A DNA stretch of 64,000 nt from positions 1 through 64,000 of the forward strand of contig DAHVLZ010000005.1 in NCBI GenBank assembly GCA_027320085.1. Direction: 5' to 3'. The translations under genes and the position numbers were made by a program. Shown here piece after piece: positions 10,282 to 19,605 of the stretch. Numbering within the stretch: the stretch's first letter is position 1; each line of letters begins with the position of its first letter. This DNA is from Pseudomonadota bacterium (lineage in GTDB: Bacteria > Pseudomonadota > Gammaproteobacteria > JAKAQQ01). The notes beneath the pieces are model-generated. The model did not search any database and was not told where the DNA came from. It saw only the letters and a list, made by a program, of their open reading frames with translations.

Positions 10282-11264
10282 TCATCCTCCGGCCGTCACC
10301 CACACGTCTGCGAAGGCAATAATCCGCCCCATCACCTCCTCAAAGGACGGAACCACGCCGTACACCATCTCCGTCGTGAAGCGCTCATACCACTGCCGGG
10401 CTTCGGCACTGACGGCGAGATCGCCGAGCGCTTCCCGTGCCCGCTCGATTGGAGCATCCCTGAACCCCGGATCCTGGTTGCCGAATTCCTCGGCGTCCTG
10501 AAGCAGGAGCTGTCGCGCCAGGCAACCCGCTTCCCGATCGGTCATCTCTTGAGGGGATTGCTCGAAGATGCGTCCGAGATCGTAGAGGTGTCTGACGATA
10601 TCCTCGTCGCGGGTATTGCCCGGCGCGAACACCCGGCCAATACCCCGCAGGCGGGCCGACCATCGCCGCAGCAAGGCGGCGTTCTTGCCGGCGATCGTCT
10701 CGCGGATGTCGAGACAAGCGATCCTGCCGCGTCGCTCGGCGCGCCCGAGCAGCTCGTTGACGGCGGTGTCGTATCCGCACACAACGGGGGCGAGGATCGG
10801 CGGGCGTGCGCTGATCTCGATCAGGAGTTCTGGGCGAAGCGCCTGGTCCGGCGGATAGAGGGAGTCATAGGACAGGAGGATCGCGATGTAGTGATTCCCG
10901 TTGCCCGCTTTGACGGCCTCGTCCGAGATGTCGAACCCCGGCTGCGCAGACGGTCGAGCACTTGGGATTTGACGAGGCTCAGGAGTCGCTTTTGGGCCGA
11001 GCGGCTCATCCTGCTCGGGACAACGACTCGCAGGTCGATGTCCTCGGAGATGCGTTCGGTGAGGTGGTGTGCCTTGGATACCGCCGTGCCACCGCAGAGC
11101 ACGAATTTCGCCTCGTGCTCGCGGTACACGACCGGCTCGGTGAAGACCGAGAATACCTCGGAGATGAGCAGGTCTTTCTCGATCTGCGCCGTGGAGATGC
11201 GCTCGGCGCGCTTGGCGAGGAAGGCGTCGATGAGCTCGGCTTGCGCTTCCGTCAGCCGCTTCAA
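10282..11264 (-). pseudogene. AbiEii/AbiGii-family nucleotidyltransferase toxin, frameshifted
   Basis: IEKDLLI, LCGGTAVSKAH, RISEDIDL, ETIAGK, RHLYDL; one extra G in the G4 run (plus CCCC 10936-10939) would join both ORF pieces via FDISDEAVKAGNGNHYIAILLSY. Confidence 0.82.
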
Positions 11265-11674
11265 GTGTATTCGATGACGCGCGGCCCGAAAGCGATCTTG
11301 CGCTTCACGCGCGCACCGCTCACGGCGATGCGATCACCGGCCGGCACCTGCGTGGTGCGCCCCGCGATGTAATCCATCGCGGCCTGGCTCGGCTTTGGCG
11401 AATAGCCCAGCCGGCGCAGCGCCTGGTAGCCGATGTCGATGAGGGGGGTTGCCGGAATCGGCTTGCCTGACAGTACCGAGGGCTTGGCGCGTGCGTAGAG
11501 GCCATAGCCCACCTGGACGAGGAGTCCTTCGCCCACCAGTTTGCGCAGCGCCCGGCCGACGACATCGTAGGTCCCGAACGATGCGAAATCCTCGCGCATG
11601 AAGACATCCGTCTTACGCGTGCGACGGATGCGCTCGGCGATGCGATCCCGGATGGTAGGAGGCTTTCTGATCAT
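11261..11674 (-). CDS. DUF6088-like (AbiEi-type) antitoxin
   Basis: VFMREDFASFGTYDVVGRALRKLVGEGLLVQVGYGLYARAK, YIAGRTTQVP; overlaps the toxin start. Confidence 0.8.
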   Translation of the reverse strand: MIRKPPTIRDRIAERIRRTRKTDVFMREDFASFGTYDVVGRALRKLVGEGLLVQVGYGLYARAKPSVLSGKPIPATPLIDIGYQALRRLGYSPKPSQAAMDYIAGRTTQVPAGDRIAVSGARVKRKIAFGPRVIEYT

Positions 11675-11710
11675 GATGCAAACATACGACCTTAATACTA
11701 AAATAAGTAT

Positions 11711-11852
11711 GGTGGATTCAACTCTGAAGTGCAACTTCGATTGACAGGCTGAGCGGGCAAGCTGCGGTAGCATCGTGGCTTTTCCGACCGGCAAGTCGAA
11801 GGAGCACCGATGAAGCGCTACACACTGCTGACCCGTGAACAACGATACCAGA
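11711..11852 (+). mobile_element. IS30-family left-end remnant
   Basis: End sequence GGTGGATTCAACTCTGAAGTGCAAC, RBS AAGGAG, then MKRYTLLTREQRYQ (IS30 transposase N-terminus) truncated. Confidence 0.7.
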
Positions 11853-12513
11853 ACTATCGTCCCGGGGAATCTTCCATTTCGAAGCGGGTTGGCGCCAATG
11901 GGTATCCCCGCTTCCCTTTGGGAACCGGAAACCGCCAGGAGGTCCAGCGTCATGCCACCGGATAGCGGTGGCCATCGATGAGCGCATTCGATCCGGGCAG
12001 GAGAAGTTGGAGTGGCCCTGTCCCCAGTACCGGACAAGGAGAACGGCCCCGTAGGGGTCATCCTCCAAGACATCTTTTTCCCTGAAAATTGAATGTGGGT
12101 GTACTTGGACGAAGAGTCCCTCCCCGGCAGGTGGTGTGGCCACTTCAAATCGTCATGGGTCGGTCTGACAGAGGCTGGCAGGAAGCTCTTGCCACAGCCG
12201 ACGACTGTGACATCCGGCCGCTACTGGAATTTGTGCGCTCCTGAAAGGTTCAGGGGCTACTTAATCAACACCACAAGAGATCGGTTTGGGGTGCCGTGGG
12301 TTCTTTTTGTTACACCTCATGGGAATACCACGAAGCCGGTCGGTGTCACAGTAGATGCTCAAGGGGCTCAAGGTTCCTCTTGGCGGGGAGGGCGGGGATC
12401 TGCTATGGTTCTGGCCATCACGGGCACCGGTTTTGCCACTTGCGGTGATCACGATGTGGCCCACCGAAAATTGTGTAATCCATTGAATGGAAGATGGTGA
12501 TTGGGGTGATCGG

Positions 12514-13215
12514 GTGAATCCGCCGCTCTCGATCGTCGTTCCGGTCCGGAACGACGGGGCGGCCCTGGCCGGGCTCGCCCCCGCCCTCCTGGCCTGGCGG
12601 GACCGGGGCTGCGAGATCATCGTCGTGGATGGCCAGAGCCGGGATGACAGCGCGGCGGTGGCGCGTCGCTGTGCCACCCATTTCATCGAATCCCCCCCGG
12701 GCCGGGCCCGCCAGATGAATGCAGGGGCCCGAAAGGCCCGATCCGAATGGCTGTGTTTCCTGCACGCCGATGCCCGCCTGCCCGTGGGAAGCCTCGAGGG
12801 CTGGTTGGGAGGAAGGCCGTTCCCGGAGCAGGCGGAATGGGGTTGCTTCAGTCTCCGTTTCGACTCCGACCGCCTGGCGTACCGCCTGATTGCGGCCGGG
12901 ATCAACGGCCGGACCCGCCGGACCGGGATCGTGAGCGGCGACCAGGCGCTCTGGGTCCGGCGCGAGTGTTTCGAACGGGTCGGGGGATTCCCCGAAATTC
13001 CCCTCATGGAGGATATCGAGATCTCGAAGCGTCTCCAGGCGCTCGGCCCGCCCCTCATCCTGCCCGGACCGGTCCTGACGACCACCCGGCGGTTCGAACA
13101 GGTTCGCCCCCTCCGGCTCGTGCTCCGGATGTGGAGACTCAGGATCGCCTATGCGATGGGGGTCTCGCCCGCCCGTCTCGTCGCGCAGTACGATCCGGAC
13201 TACCCGCGCGAGTAG
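12514..13215 (+). CDS. TIGR04283-family GT2 glycosyltransferase (arsenosugar/rSAM-selenodomain-associated)
   Basis: LSIVVPVRND, IIVVDGQSRD, GRARQMNAGA, FLHADARL, SGDQALWVRR, GGFPEIPLMEDIE. Confidence 0.85.
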   Translation: MNPPLSIVVPVRNDGAALAGLAPALLAWRDRGCEIIVVDGQSRDDSAAVARRCATHFIESPPGRARQMNAGARKARSEWLCFLHADARLPVGSLEGWLGGRPFPEQAEWGCFSLRFDSDRLAYRLIAAGINGRTRRTGIVSGDQALWVRRECFERVGGFPEIPLMEDIEISKRLQALGPPLILPGPVLTTTRRFEQVRPLRLVLRMWRLRIAYAMGVSPARLVAQYDPDYPRE

Positions 13216-13224
13216 GGGTTTGGC

Positions 13225-14040
13225 ATGAACGGGCTCACCCTGATCCGGATCGGTGTTTTCCTGGGTGCACTGGTGGTTTTCTCCTTTCTGGAGTGGCGGT
13301 ATCCGAGACGCCGGAACCGCCGGCCCGGAAACCGGGTGGCGAACCTCTGTCTTGCGCCCGTGGGTTCGCTTTTGACCCGTCTCCTCGTTCCCGCCGGGCT
13401 TGTCGTCTTCGCGGCGGAGAGGTCGGGGGGATTGTTTCCCTGGCTGGGCGTGCCCCGCCTGCCGGCGCTGCTCGCGGGGATCCTCGCCCTCGACCTCGCG
13501 ATCTACCTGCAGCATCGCCTGTTCCACCGCTGGCCCTGGCTCTGGCGGCTGCACCGGGTCCACCATACCGATCTCGATCTCAATACCACGAGCGGGGTCC
13601 GTTTCCATCCGGGGGAAATCGCCCTCTCCGCGCTGATCAAGCTCGCCGTGATCGCGGCCCTGGGCCTGCCGGCCCTGGCCGTCCTCCTGTTCGAGCTTCT
13701 GCTCAATGCCACGACGCTTTTCAATCACAGCAACCTCGGTCTCGGCCCCGTGGCCGACCGCTGGCTCCGGTGGCTCGTGGTCACCCCGGACATGCATGAA
13801 ATCCACCATTCCGCCTGGCCGGGCGAGCTGGATTGCAATTTCGGTTTCAGCTTTCCCTGGTGGGACCACGGGTTCGGGACCTACCGGGCCCGGTCAGACG
13901 CCCCGGGAGAGATCCCGATCGGGCTGCCGGGACAGGGGCGGACGCATCTCGGGTTCTGGGCACTTTTGATCGAACCGCTTCGCCGCCGTGCGGCGGGGGG
14001 ATTCCGGATCCTCGGGGCCGGGCCTCCACCGGAGGCCTGA
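13225..14040 (+). CDS. Sterol desaturase/fatty acid hydroxylase family protein
   Basis: His boxes QHRLFH, LHRVHH, RFHPGE, FNHSN, MHEIHH. Confidence 0.9.
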   Translation: MNGLTLIRIGVFLGALVVFSFLEWRYPRRRNRRPGNRVANLCLAPVGSLLTRLLVPAGLVVFAAERSGGLFPWLGVPRLPALLAGILALDLAIYLQHRLFHRWPWLWRLHRVHHTDLDLNTTSGVRFHPGEIALSALIKLAVIAALGLPALAVLLFELLLNATTLFNHSNLGLGPVADRWLRWLVVTPDMHEIHHSAWPGELDCNFGFSFPWWDHGFGTYRARSDAPGEIPIGLPGQGRTHLGFWALLIEPLRRRAAGGFRILGAGPPPEA

Positions 14041-14723
14041 TGGATCCGGTTCCGATCCTGCTCTTTGCCAAGGCCCCGGTGCCGGGCCGGGTCAAAACCC
14101 GGCTCATTCCCACACTCGGTGAGGCGGGAGCGGCCTTGCTGGCCCAGGAGCTTGCAGAGACCTGTATCGCGGCGGCCGTGACGTCCGGGACGGGCCCGGT
14201 TTCCCTCTGGGGGACGCCCGACTGTTCGCATCCCTTCTTTGTCCGCATGCGCCGGCGTCACGGCGTGACGTTGCACACGCAGGAAGGAGGGGACCTGGGC
14301 GAGCGGATGGATCATGCCCTGGGGGAGATCCTGCACCAGCATTCGGCTGCACTCCTTGCGGGAACCGATCTCTGTCATCCCACACCCGGGCTTTTCCGCG
14401 CGGCGGCCGAAGTCCTTTGCGGCGCCCGTGTGGAGGCCACTCTGGCGCCGAGCATGGACGGCGGTTACGTGCTGATCGGGCTCCGGCACCCGCGTCCCGG
14501 ATTGTTTCGGGAGATCGCCTGGGGCACGGCCCGGGTCTTTTCCGAGACACTGAGACGGATGGAGGCGCAGGCCATCTCCTATCGACTCCTCCCCGCCGAA
14601 CGCGATCTCGACACCGAAGCCGACTATGTCCTCTGGGCCGGTCAAAAATCCGGGATGTCCGATCCCGTGGGACCGTATCCTTGCGAATCGACCATTGAAC
14701 GGCTGAATTGCAAGGATGGTTGA
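14040..14723 (+). CDS. TIGR04282/DUF2064-family glycosyltransferase-like protein
   Basis: FAKAPVPGRVKTRL, QEGGDLGERM, AGTDL, DGGYVLIG, IAWGT, DLDTEAD. Confidence 0.85.
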   Translation: MDPVPILLFAKAPVPGRVKTRLIPTLGEAGAALLAQELAETCIAAAVTSGTGPVSLWGTPDCSHPFFVRMRRRHGVTLHTQEGGDLGERMDHALGEILHQHSAALLAGTDLCHPTPGLFRAAAEVLCGARVEATLAPSMDGGYVLIGLRHPRPGLFREIAWGTARVFSETLRRMEAQAISYRLLPAERDLDTEADYVLWAGQKSGMSDPVGPYPCESTIERLNCKDG

Positions 14724-15412
14724 ACGAGCGCTCGCAGCCGAACTGTCGGGTGCCTTGATCCGGTTCCCGGTCGTCGCGCTGGTCGGCCCGCGTCAGGCGG
14801 GCAAGACCACGCTGGCGCGGGCGCTGCAGAAGCTGCGCGGGGATACGGAGTATCTGGATCTGGAGCGGCCTTCCAATCTGGCGCGGTTGTCCGATCCGGA
14901 GCTTTATCTCACGGGGCGCGAGGATCGCCTGGCCATTCTGGATGAAGTCCAGCAATTGCCGGGACTGTTCCCGGTGCTGCGCTCGCTGGTTGATGAGCAC
15001 CGCAGGCCGGGGCGTTTTCTGCTGCTGGGTTCAGCCTCTCCGGATCTGCTCAATCGCTCCTCTGAGTCACTCGCCGGGCGGGCTTTCCCTGGATGAAGCC
15101 AGGACCGATCGCGAGCTCTGGGGGCGGCTTGCCGAATCCGCAGTGGGCGCGCATCTGGCCAACGCGGCCCTGGCGGGCGAATGCGAGGTGTTTTACTGGC
15201 GGGAGCGCAACCAGGAGGTGGACTTCGTCGCGCGCGCGGGGCGGCAGCTCGTCGACATCGAGGTCAAGAGCGGGCACAAGCGTGCAATGCCCGCGGGCAT
15301 GGCGGCATTCACACAGGCATTCAAAGGGAAGCGTTCGCTGCTCGTTGGTGACAACGGCGTCCCGATGGGAGATTTTCTTTCGCGACCGGTGCAGGACTGG
15401 ATCAAGGCATGA
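14716..15412 (+). pseudogene. AAA_14 + DUF4143 ATP-binding protein with large internal deletion
   Basis: GPRQAGKTT, ILDEVQ, FLLLGSAS, ESLAGR joined out of frame at about 15085 to C-terminal FYWRERNQEVDFV and IEVKSG; imperfect IR upstream at 14679-14715. Confidence 0.8.
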
Positions 15413-15567
15413 GCACGATAAAGATGGGTCGCACGCTGTTGAATTCCGGCGGATGGATGCCATGGGGACGGGTGGGGGTGACGGGCGGGGGGGCCGTGTA
15501 CACATCCGCCTCGAGCTTCCCCTTCGTGCGGCCCATCAAATCCAGCCCCGGCACAAAGGATGGGATT

Positions 15568-15596
15568 TTGCAAATCCGGCCCGATCCACGTACAGT
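15568..15596 (+). promoter_or_regulatory. Sigma70-type promoter of rnpB
   Basis: TTGCAA-17 bp-TACAGT just upstream of the RNA 5' end. Confidence 0.6.
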
Positions 15597-15608
15597 GGGA
15601 CCGGGAAC

Positions 15609-15963
15609 GCAGAGCGGGCCAGGCAGTCGCTCCATTCGTGGAGAGGAAAGTCCGGGCTCCGCGGATCAAAGCGCCAGGTAACACCTGGGGGGCGCGAGCC
15701 CACGGAAAGTGCCACAGAGAACAGACCGCCGAAGCCATCCGGCTGGCAAGGGTGAAAAGGTGCGGTAAGAGCGCACCGCGCGGCTGGTAACAGTCCGCGG
15801 CACGGAAAACCCCGCTTGGAGCAAGACCAAATAGGGGAGCATGTCGCGCGAGCGACGCGTGTGATCCGCACGGCTCCCGGGTCGGTCGCTAGAGTGCATC
15901 GGTGACGATGCATCGAGAGGCATGACTGCCCTCGACAGAACCCGGCTTATCGGCCCACTCTGC
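15609..15963 (+). ncRNA. rnpB: RNase P RNA, bacterial type A
   Basis: GAGGAAAGTCCGGGC, GGAAAGTGCCACAGA, GGTGCGGTAAGAGCGCACC, GAGCAAGACCAA, ACAGAACCCGGCTTAT; terminal helix GCAGAGCGGGCC/GGCCCACTCTGC. Confidence 0.97.
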
Positions 15964-15999
15964 GTTTCCTCTGATCCTGAAATTGATATGAAAAAACAC

Positions 16000-16073
16000 G
16001 GCGGTTTCAAGTTTGAAGTGCAACAGGTTTGCGGAAACAGGACTCGTCGTTGAAGGGCTCGGGCATGAAGAGC
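16000..16073 (-). mobile_element. IS30-family right-end remnant
   Basis: GGCGGTTTCAAGTTTGAAGTGCAACA end; minus strand LFMPEPFNDESCFRKPVALQT* resembles an IS30 transposase C-terminus with the stop inside the IR. Confidence 0.7.
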
Positions 16074-16174
16074 TATTGATCAGTTGAATCCGCACATATG
16101 ACGGGTCAACCCGCTTGAAATTCGACAGAGCCCAATTTGTGAACTCACCCCATGTCGTCACGGATATGGAGTCT

Positions 16175-16589
16175 CTCTTCACGCTCATTGCGCCCAACTG
16201 TGGCCTGCGGAATGGATGCGCATCTCGAGAACTTCGGCATCGTCTATGACGAGGTTCAAGGCGAGGCACGGCTCGCTCCCGTCTATGATCTTGTCACAAC
16301 AACGGTCGAACTCCCGAAAGACAGCATGGCGCTCACGTTGAACGGCTCGACGCACTGGCCGACCGTCAAGGACCTTCAACGATTGGGCGGAACTCATATG
16401 GGCGGCTCGCCTGCCAGAATTCATGCGATCCTCGAACGCATCGCCGATGCGATATCCCGGGTTGCGTCAGACGTGAGGCAGTACGTCAAGACCCATCCTG
16501 GATTTGCCGAGATCGGCACTCTGATGCTGGATCAATGGCAGGTCGGAGTTGAATCCTCCATCAAGGGACGGGCTCCCGGCATGGGGTAG
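16175..16589 (+). pseudogene. hipA: C-terminal fragment of a HipA-family kinase toxin
   Basis: LRNG|DAHLENFGIVY, RLAPVYDLVTT, MALTLNG; N-terminal part absent, frameshift in the NGDAH motif. Confidence 0.78.
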
Positions 16590-16649
16590 GAGGATGCCCA
16601 ATCCGAGGTGATCCCCTGGGTCCGGTTTGGACGCGAGTCGAGGTGCATC

Positions 16650-16881
16650 GCGTTCGATCTCCCCCAGACCCGGATACGCGTACCGATCGCCAGCGGCCCC
16701 CCTGCACTCGACCCACGCCCACTTCCGCGGCGATCTGCGTGTTGTCCATGCCATCTGCAGAAAGCAGTACCATCTGCCCCCGTCGCACCAATCGCACGCT
16801 GGACATGTTCGATCGCGCCGGGTCCGTCAGCACGTTTCACTCGTCCGTACTCAGGACTACTATCGCAGTGGCAATTCGCAT
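16650..16881 (-). mobile_element. IS630-family transposase N-terminal remnant
   Basis: MRIATAIVVLSTDE*NVLTDPARSNMSSVRLVRRGQMVLLSADGMDNTQIAAEVGVGRVQGGRWR, with an internal stop and a frameshift. Confidence 0.72.
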
Positions 16882-17062
16882 CGTCAGGCGGTGGCGCGAG
16901 AGGAGTGGCTACGGCAGCAACCGGAAGCGGGCACCGGCCCTGCTGACGGACCCACGGGAGGGGGAAATCCCAAGCCTTGGGGTGGTGGTTCTGGTGTTTG
17001 CTGCAAGACCGACGACTTGGCGCAAGGTGCAGGCAGGTAAGAGTTTGGTTTGCGCCGTTCCG

Positions 17063-17080
17063 TGATATATTTGTATATCA
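17063..17080. promoter_or_regulatory. Palindromic operator upstream of relBE
   Basis: TGATATA-TTTG-TATATCA, 25 bp before the antitoxin ATG. Confidence 0.65.
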
Positions 17081-17105
17081 ATTGGCTTTTTGCAGGAGTG
17101 TATCC

Positions 17106-17330
17106 ATGCTTGCTATCCGCCTGCCTCCCGAAATCGAGGAGCGACTGGAGGCCTTGGCGCAGGCTACAGGCCGCACCAAGACCTTTTACGCACGTCAGGC
17201 CATCTTGGAGCACCTGGAGGACCTGGAGGACCTGTACCTGGCCGAGCAACGGCTGATTGAACTTCGCGCCGGGCGGAGTCGCACCTATGCGCTGGACGAG
17301 GTAGAGCGCGATCTTGGCCTGGCAGATTGA
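17106..17330 (+). CDS. relB: RelB/StbD-like RHH antitoxin
   Basis: [47 protein letters not shown]; RBS AGGAG. Confidence 0.88.
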   Translation: MLAIRLPPEIEERLEALAQATGRTKTFYARQAILEHLEDLEDLYLAEQRLIELRAGRSRTYALDEVERDLGLAD

Positions 17331-17589
17331 GTTCGGGGAAGGAGCCAAGAAAGAACTGGCCAAGCTCGACAAGCCGGTGGCCGGGCGCATCACCTCATTC
17401 CTGCGTGAACGGGTGGCCCCGCTCGATGACCCGCGTAGCATTGGCGAGGCCCTCAAGGGCTCTCAGCTCGGGGATTTTTGGAAGTACCGGGTAGGAGACT
17501 GGCGAATTATTGCCAGCATCGAGGACGTTGCCCTACGGGTTCTTGTGGTTCGCATTGGAAATCGTAGAGAGGTGTACCGAAAGCAGTAG
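17314..17589 (+). CDS. relE: RelE/StbE-family mRNA interferase toxin
   Basis: [44 protein letters not shown]. Confidence 0.9.
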   Translation: MAWQIEFGEGAKKELAKLDKPVAGRITSFLRERVAPLDDPRSIGEALKGSQLGDFWKYRVGDWRIIASIEDVALRVLVVRIGNRREVYRKQ

Positions 17590-17872
17590 GCCACCGGAAG
17601 CACGGGAGCGGTCATCCCTGTGTACCCTCCGACACGCGGTCTCGTCTGCAAGCCAGCAAGAAGGTGCAGACCGGCGCTACAGAGAACCCGCTCTTACCAA
17701 GGCACAGCCGACGGAATCCCGGTACCGGCTACTCGAGCTGAAGGCGTGGATGCGGGAAATCAGCCATGCTGGGAATCGCGGGGCGCAGGGATGGCCGCCC
17801 AGCGTGAGGAAACCGATGAGTCAATCAGTGCGCCGTGGAAACCCAGGTCAGTCATGACCCAAAACAAAATAT

Positions 17873-17908
17873 TGCAAATAGATATACATTTAAGTATATT
17901 TGTTTGTA
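17873..17908. promoter_or_regulatory. AT-rich inverted-repeat operator/promoter of the AbiEii-first operon
   Basis: TGCAAATAGATATAC-ATTTAA-GTATATTTGTTTGTA (12/15 arms). Confidence 0.6.
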
Positions 17909-17928
17909 GTTAGGTCGGGGGTCAAACC

Positions 17929-18807
17929 GTGCAGCGCACGACACCAGAGGAGATCCGTTCCTGGAGCACGGCCGTTCAATTTGCTTTCATCGAGGCTTTG
18001 CCCGCAATCTCGGGGTGGACACCGCGGCAGATGGCCTTTCAGGGAGGCACCTCGCTCAACATGAGCTGGGGTTCCCCGAGATTCTCTGAGGACATCGACC
18101 TGCTGCTCAGCCAGCCGGAATCCGGGCAACTCGAGACGGTCATGGGGCGATGCGTGAACCGGATCAACCAATCACTCGCAATCGATCACCCTGAACTCAC
18201 CGTCAGCCTGCACGGGGGACGGGGTGCCGGCGAGACCGGGGGCCTCGCTGCCTTCGAGCTTCGCGCAGCCCACCCGGATCGCCTGGGCAAGGTCCGCGTC
18301 AAGGTGGAGTTCTGGCGCGTGGACCCATCCTATCTTGATCGCTACGAGACAGAGTTCCGGCTTCCGGTCCGCCAGGGCGAGATCATCACCCGCTCCAGTA
18401 TCCCGATCCCGGCTGCAACCCGGGAGGCAGCTTACGCGGACAAGATCACGGCCTTTGCCACGCGACCCCGGTTCAAGGCCCGGGATGTGTTTGATTTCTG
18501 GTGGCTTGGGAAACAGGTGGCGCTTTCTCCGGAAGCGGCGGCCGGGCGTTTCCTGGATCAGGTCGTGGCCTACACGACCGTGGGCAAATGTGCCCCGGCC
18601 GATGCCTTGCGCGTCTTCCTTCAGACTTACGATCGGGCGCGGATGCTCGATACCGTGAAAAAAGAGCTTCCGCGCTGGCTACCCGAGGAAACGTGGAAAA
18701 GCCTGGGCGATGCAGCCGCGGAGCAGATGGTGGACTATACCCGGCGCACGCTGGAGGCTGTCGCCCAAGCCGCAGAACAGATCGGGGATGGAGCGCCATA
18801 CCCATGA
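17929..18807 (+). CDS. AbiEii/AbiGii-family nucleotidyltransferase toxin (intact)
   Basis: AFQGGTSL, SPRFSEDIDL, KVKVEF-like KVRVKVEF, ADKITAF, KARDVFDFWWL. Confidence 0.85.
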   Translation: MQRTTPEEIRSWSTAVQFAFIEALPAISGWTPRQMAFQGGTSLNMSWGSPRFSEDIDLLLSQPESGQLETVMGRCVNRINQSLAIDHPELTVSLHGGRGAGETGGLAAFELRAAHPDRLGKVRVKVEFWRVDPSYLDRYETEFRLPVRQGEIITRSSIPIPAATREAAYADKITAFATRPRFKARDVFDFWWLGKQVALSPEAAAGRFLDQVVAYTTVGKCAPADALRVFLQTYDRARMLDTVKKELPRWLPEETWKSLGDAAAEQMVDYTRRTLEAVAQAAEQIGDGAPYP

Positions 18808-19409
18808 GCCGACAAAACGCCCGGGATTCCCTCATGGCACTGCCCGCCGTGTTTTCCCTGCCCATGCTCCAGGCTTGTCTGGGCGGAGACGCCAGCAAGG
18901 CAGCGATCTACGCGACCCGATGGCACACCCGCGGCCTGCTCAAACGAGCCGGCCCACGCCTCGGGATCTACTACAACCGGGTCCGCGATCCGCAAGGCTC
19001 GCAGGCCAGCCGTCCCGAGGCAGCGAGGCTCGCCTTCCCGAGCGCCGTGCTGACCGGATCAACCGTGCTTCACGATGCCGGTTGGACTACCCAGATCCCC
19101 CAGGTGATGGAAGTGGCGGTGCTCGCCCGCCGCAGCTACCCGGCCGTGGACGGCCTGTCTTTCCACGGTCGTACTCGGGCCTGGTATGGCCAGGTGCACG
19201 ACTGGATCATCCGTGGCGGGGTCGTGCCCGCACTGAAACCGGCAATGGCCCTGGCCGACGCCTGGGCTGATCCCGAGCTTTGGCACCCGGATCCCGACGA
19301 TCTGGAAGCCCAAGACGTGGACTGGCCCGCGGCCCGGGAGGCCTTCGAGGTCCTGGGCTTGGCCTGGCCGGCAGACTATCCGGAGGTGGGGGTGCCACCT
19401 GCGCCGTAG
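18804..19409 (+). CDS. Putative AbiEi-like antitoxin encoded downstream of its toxin
   Basis: ATGA overlap; LPAVFS...RWHTRGLLKRAGPRLGIYYN (wHTH-like) and SAVLTGSTVLHDAGWTTQIP. Confidence 0.65.
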   Translation: MSRQNARDSLMALPAVFSLPMLQACLGGDASKAAIYATRWHTRGLLKRAGPRLGIYYNRVRDPQGSQASRPEAARLAFPSAVLTGSTVLHDAGWTTQIPQVMEVAVLARRSYPAVDGLSFHGRTRAWYGQVHDWIIRGGVVPALKPAMALADAWADPELWHPDPDDLEAQDVDWPAAREAFEVLGLAWPADYPEVGVPPAP

Positions 19410-19436
19410 CGGTGCCTGCGGGCGAAAGCTTTCGTT

Positions 19437-19594
19437 GAGCAAGACCAGATCGGGGAGCATGACGCGCGAGCGACGTGTGTGATTCGCACGGCTCCCGGGC
19501 CGGTCGTGAGCGTGCATCGGTCATGATGCATCGAGCGGCATGACGGCTCCCGACAGAACCCGGCTGATCGGCCCACCCCGCGTTTCCCCTATCC
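19437..19594 (+). repeat. Degenerate direct copy of the rnpB 3' segment (15819-15977)
   Basis: Hand alignment: 19 mismatches in 154 ungapped nt (about 88%). Confidence 0.95.
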
Positions 19595-19605
19595 CGGTTG
19601 CTTGA

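Noticed and set aside
12093-12500. ORF with patchy likeness to the TVP38 C-terminus (LLPQPTTVTSGRY vs LVPAVTTIRSRDY; RFGVPW vs RLGDPW)
   Set aside because: Codons differ and spacing is inconsistent, so I cannot distinguish it from chance.
11711-16025. Composite IS30 transposon carrying rnpB
   Set aside because: The two ends are in direct orientation and differ in sequence.
19437-19594. Second functional RNase P RNA
   Set aside because: The 5' part including GAGGAAAGTCC is absent and substitutions disrupt helices.
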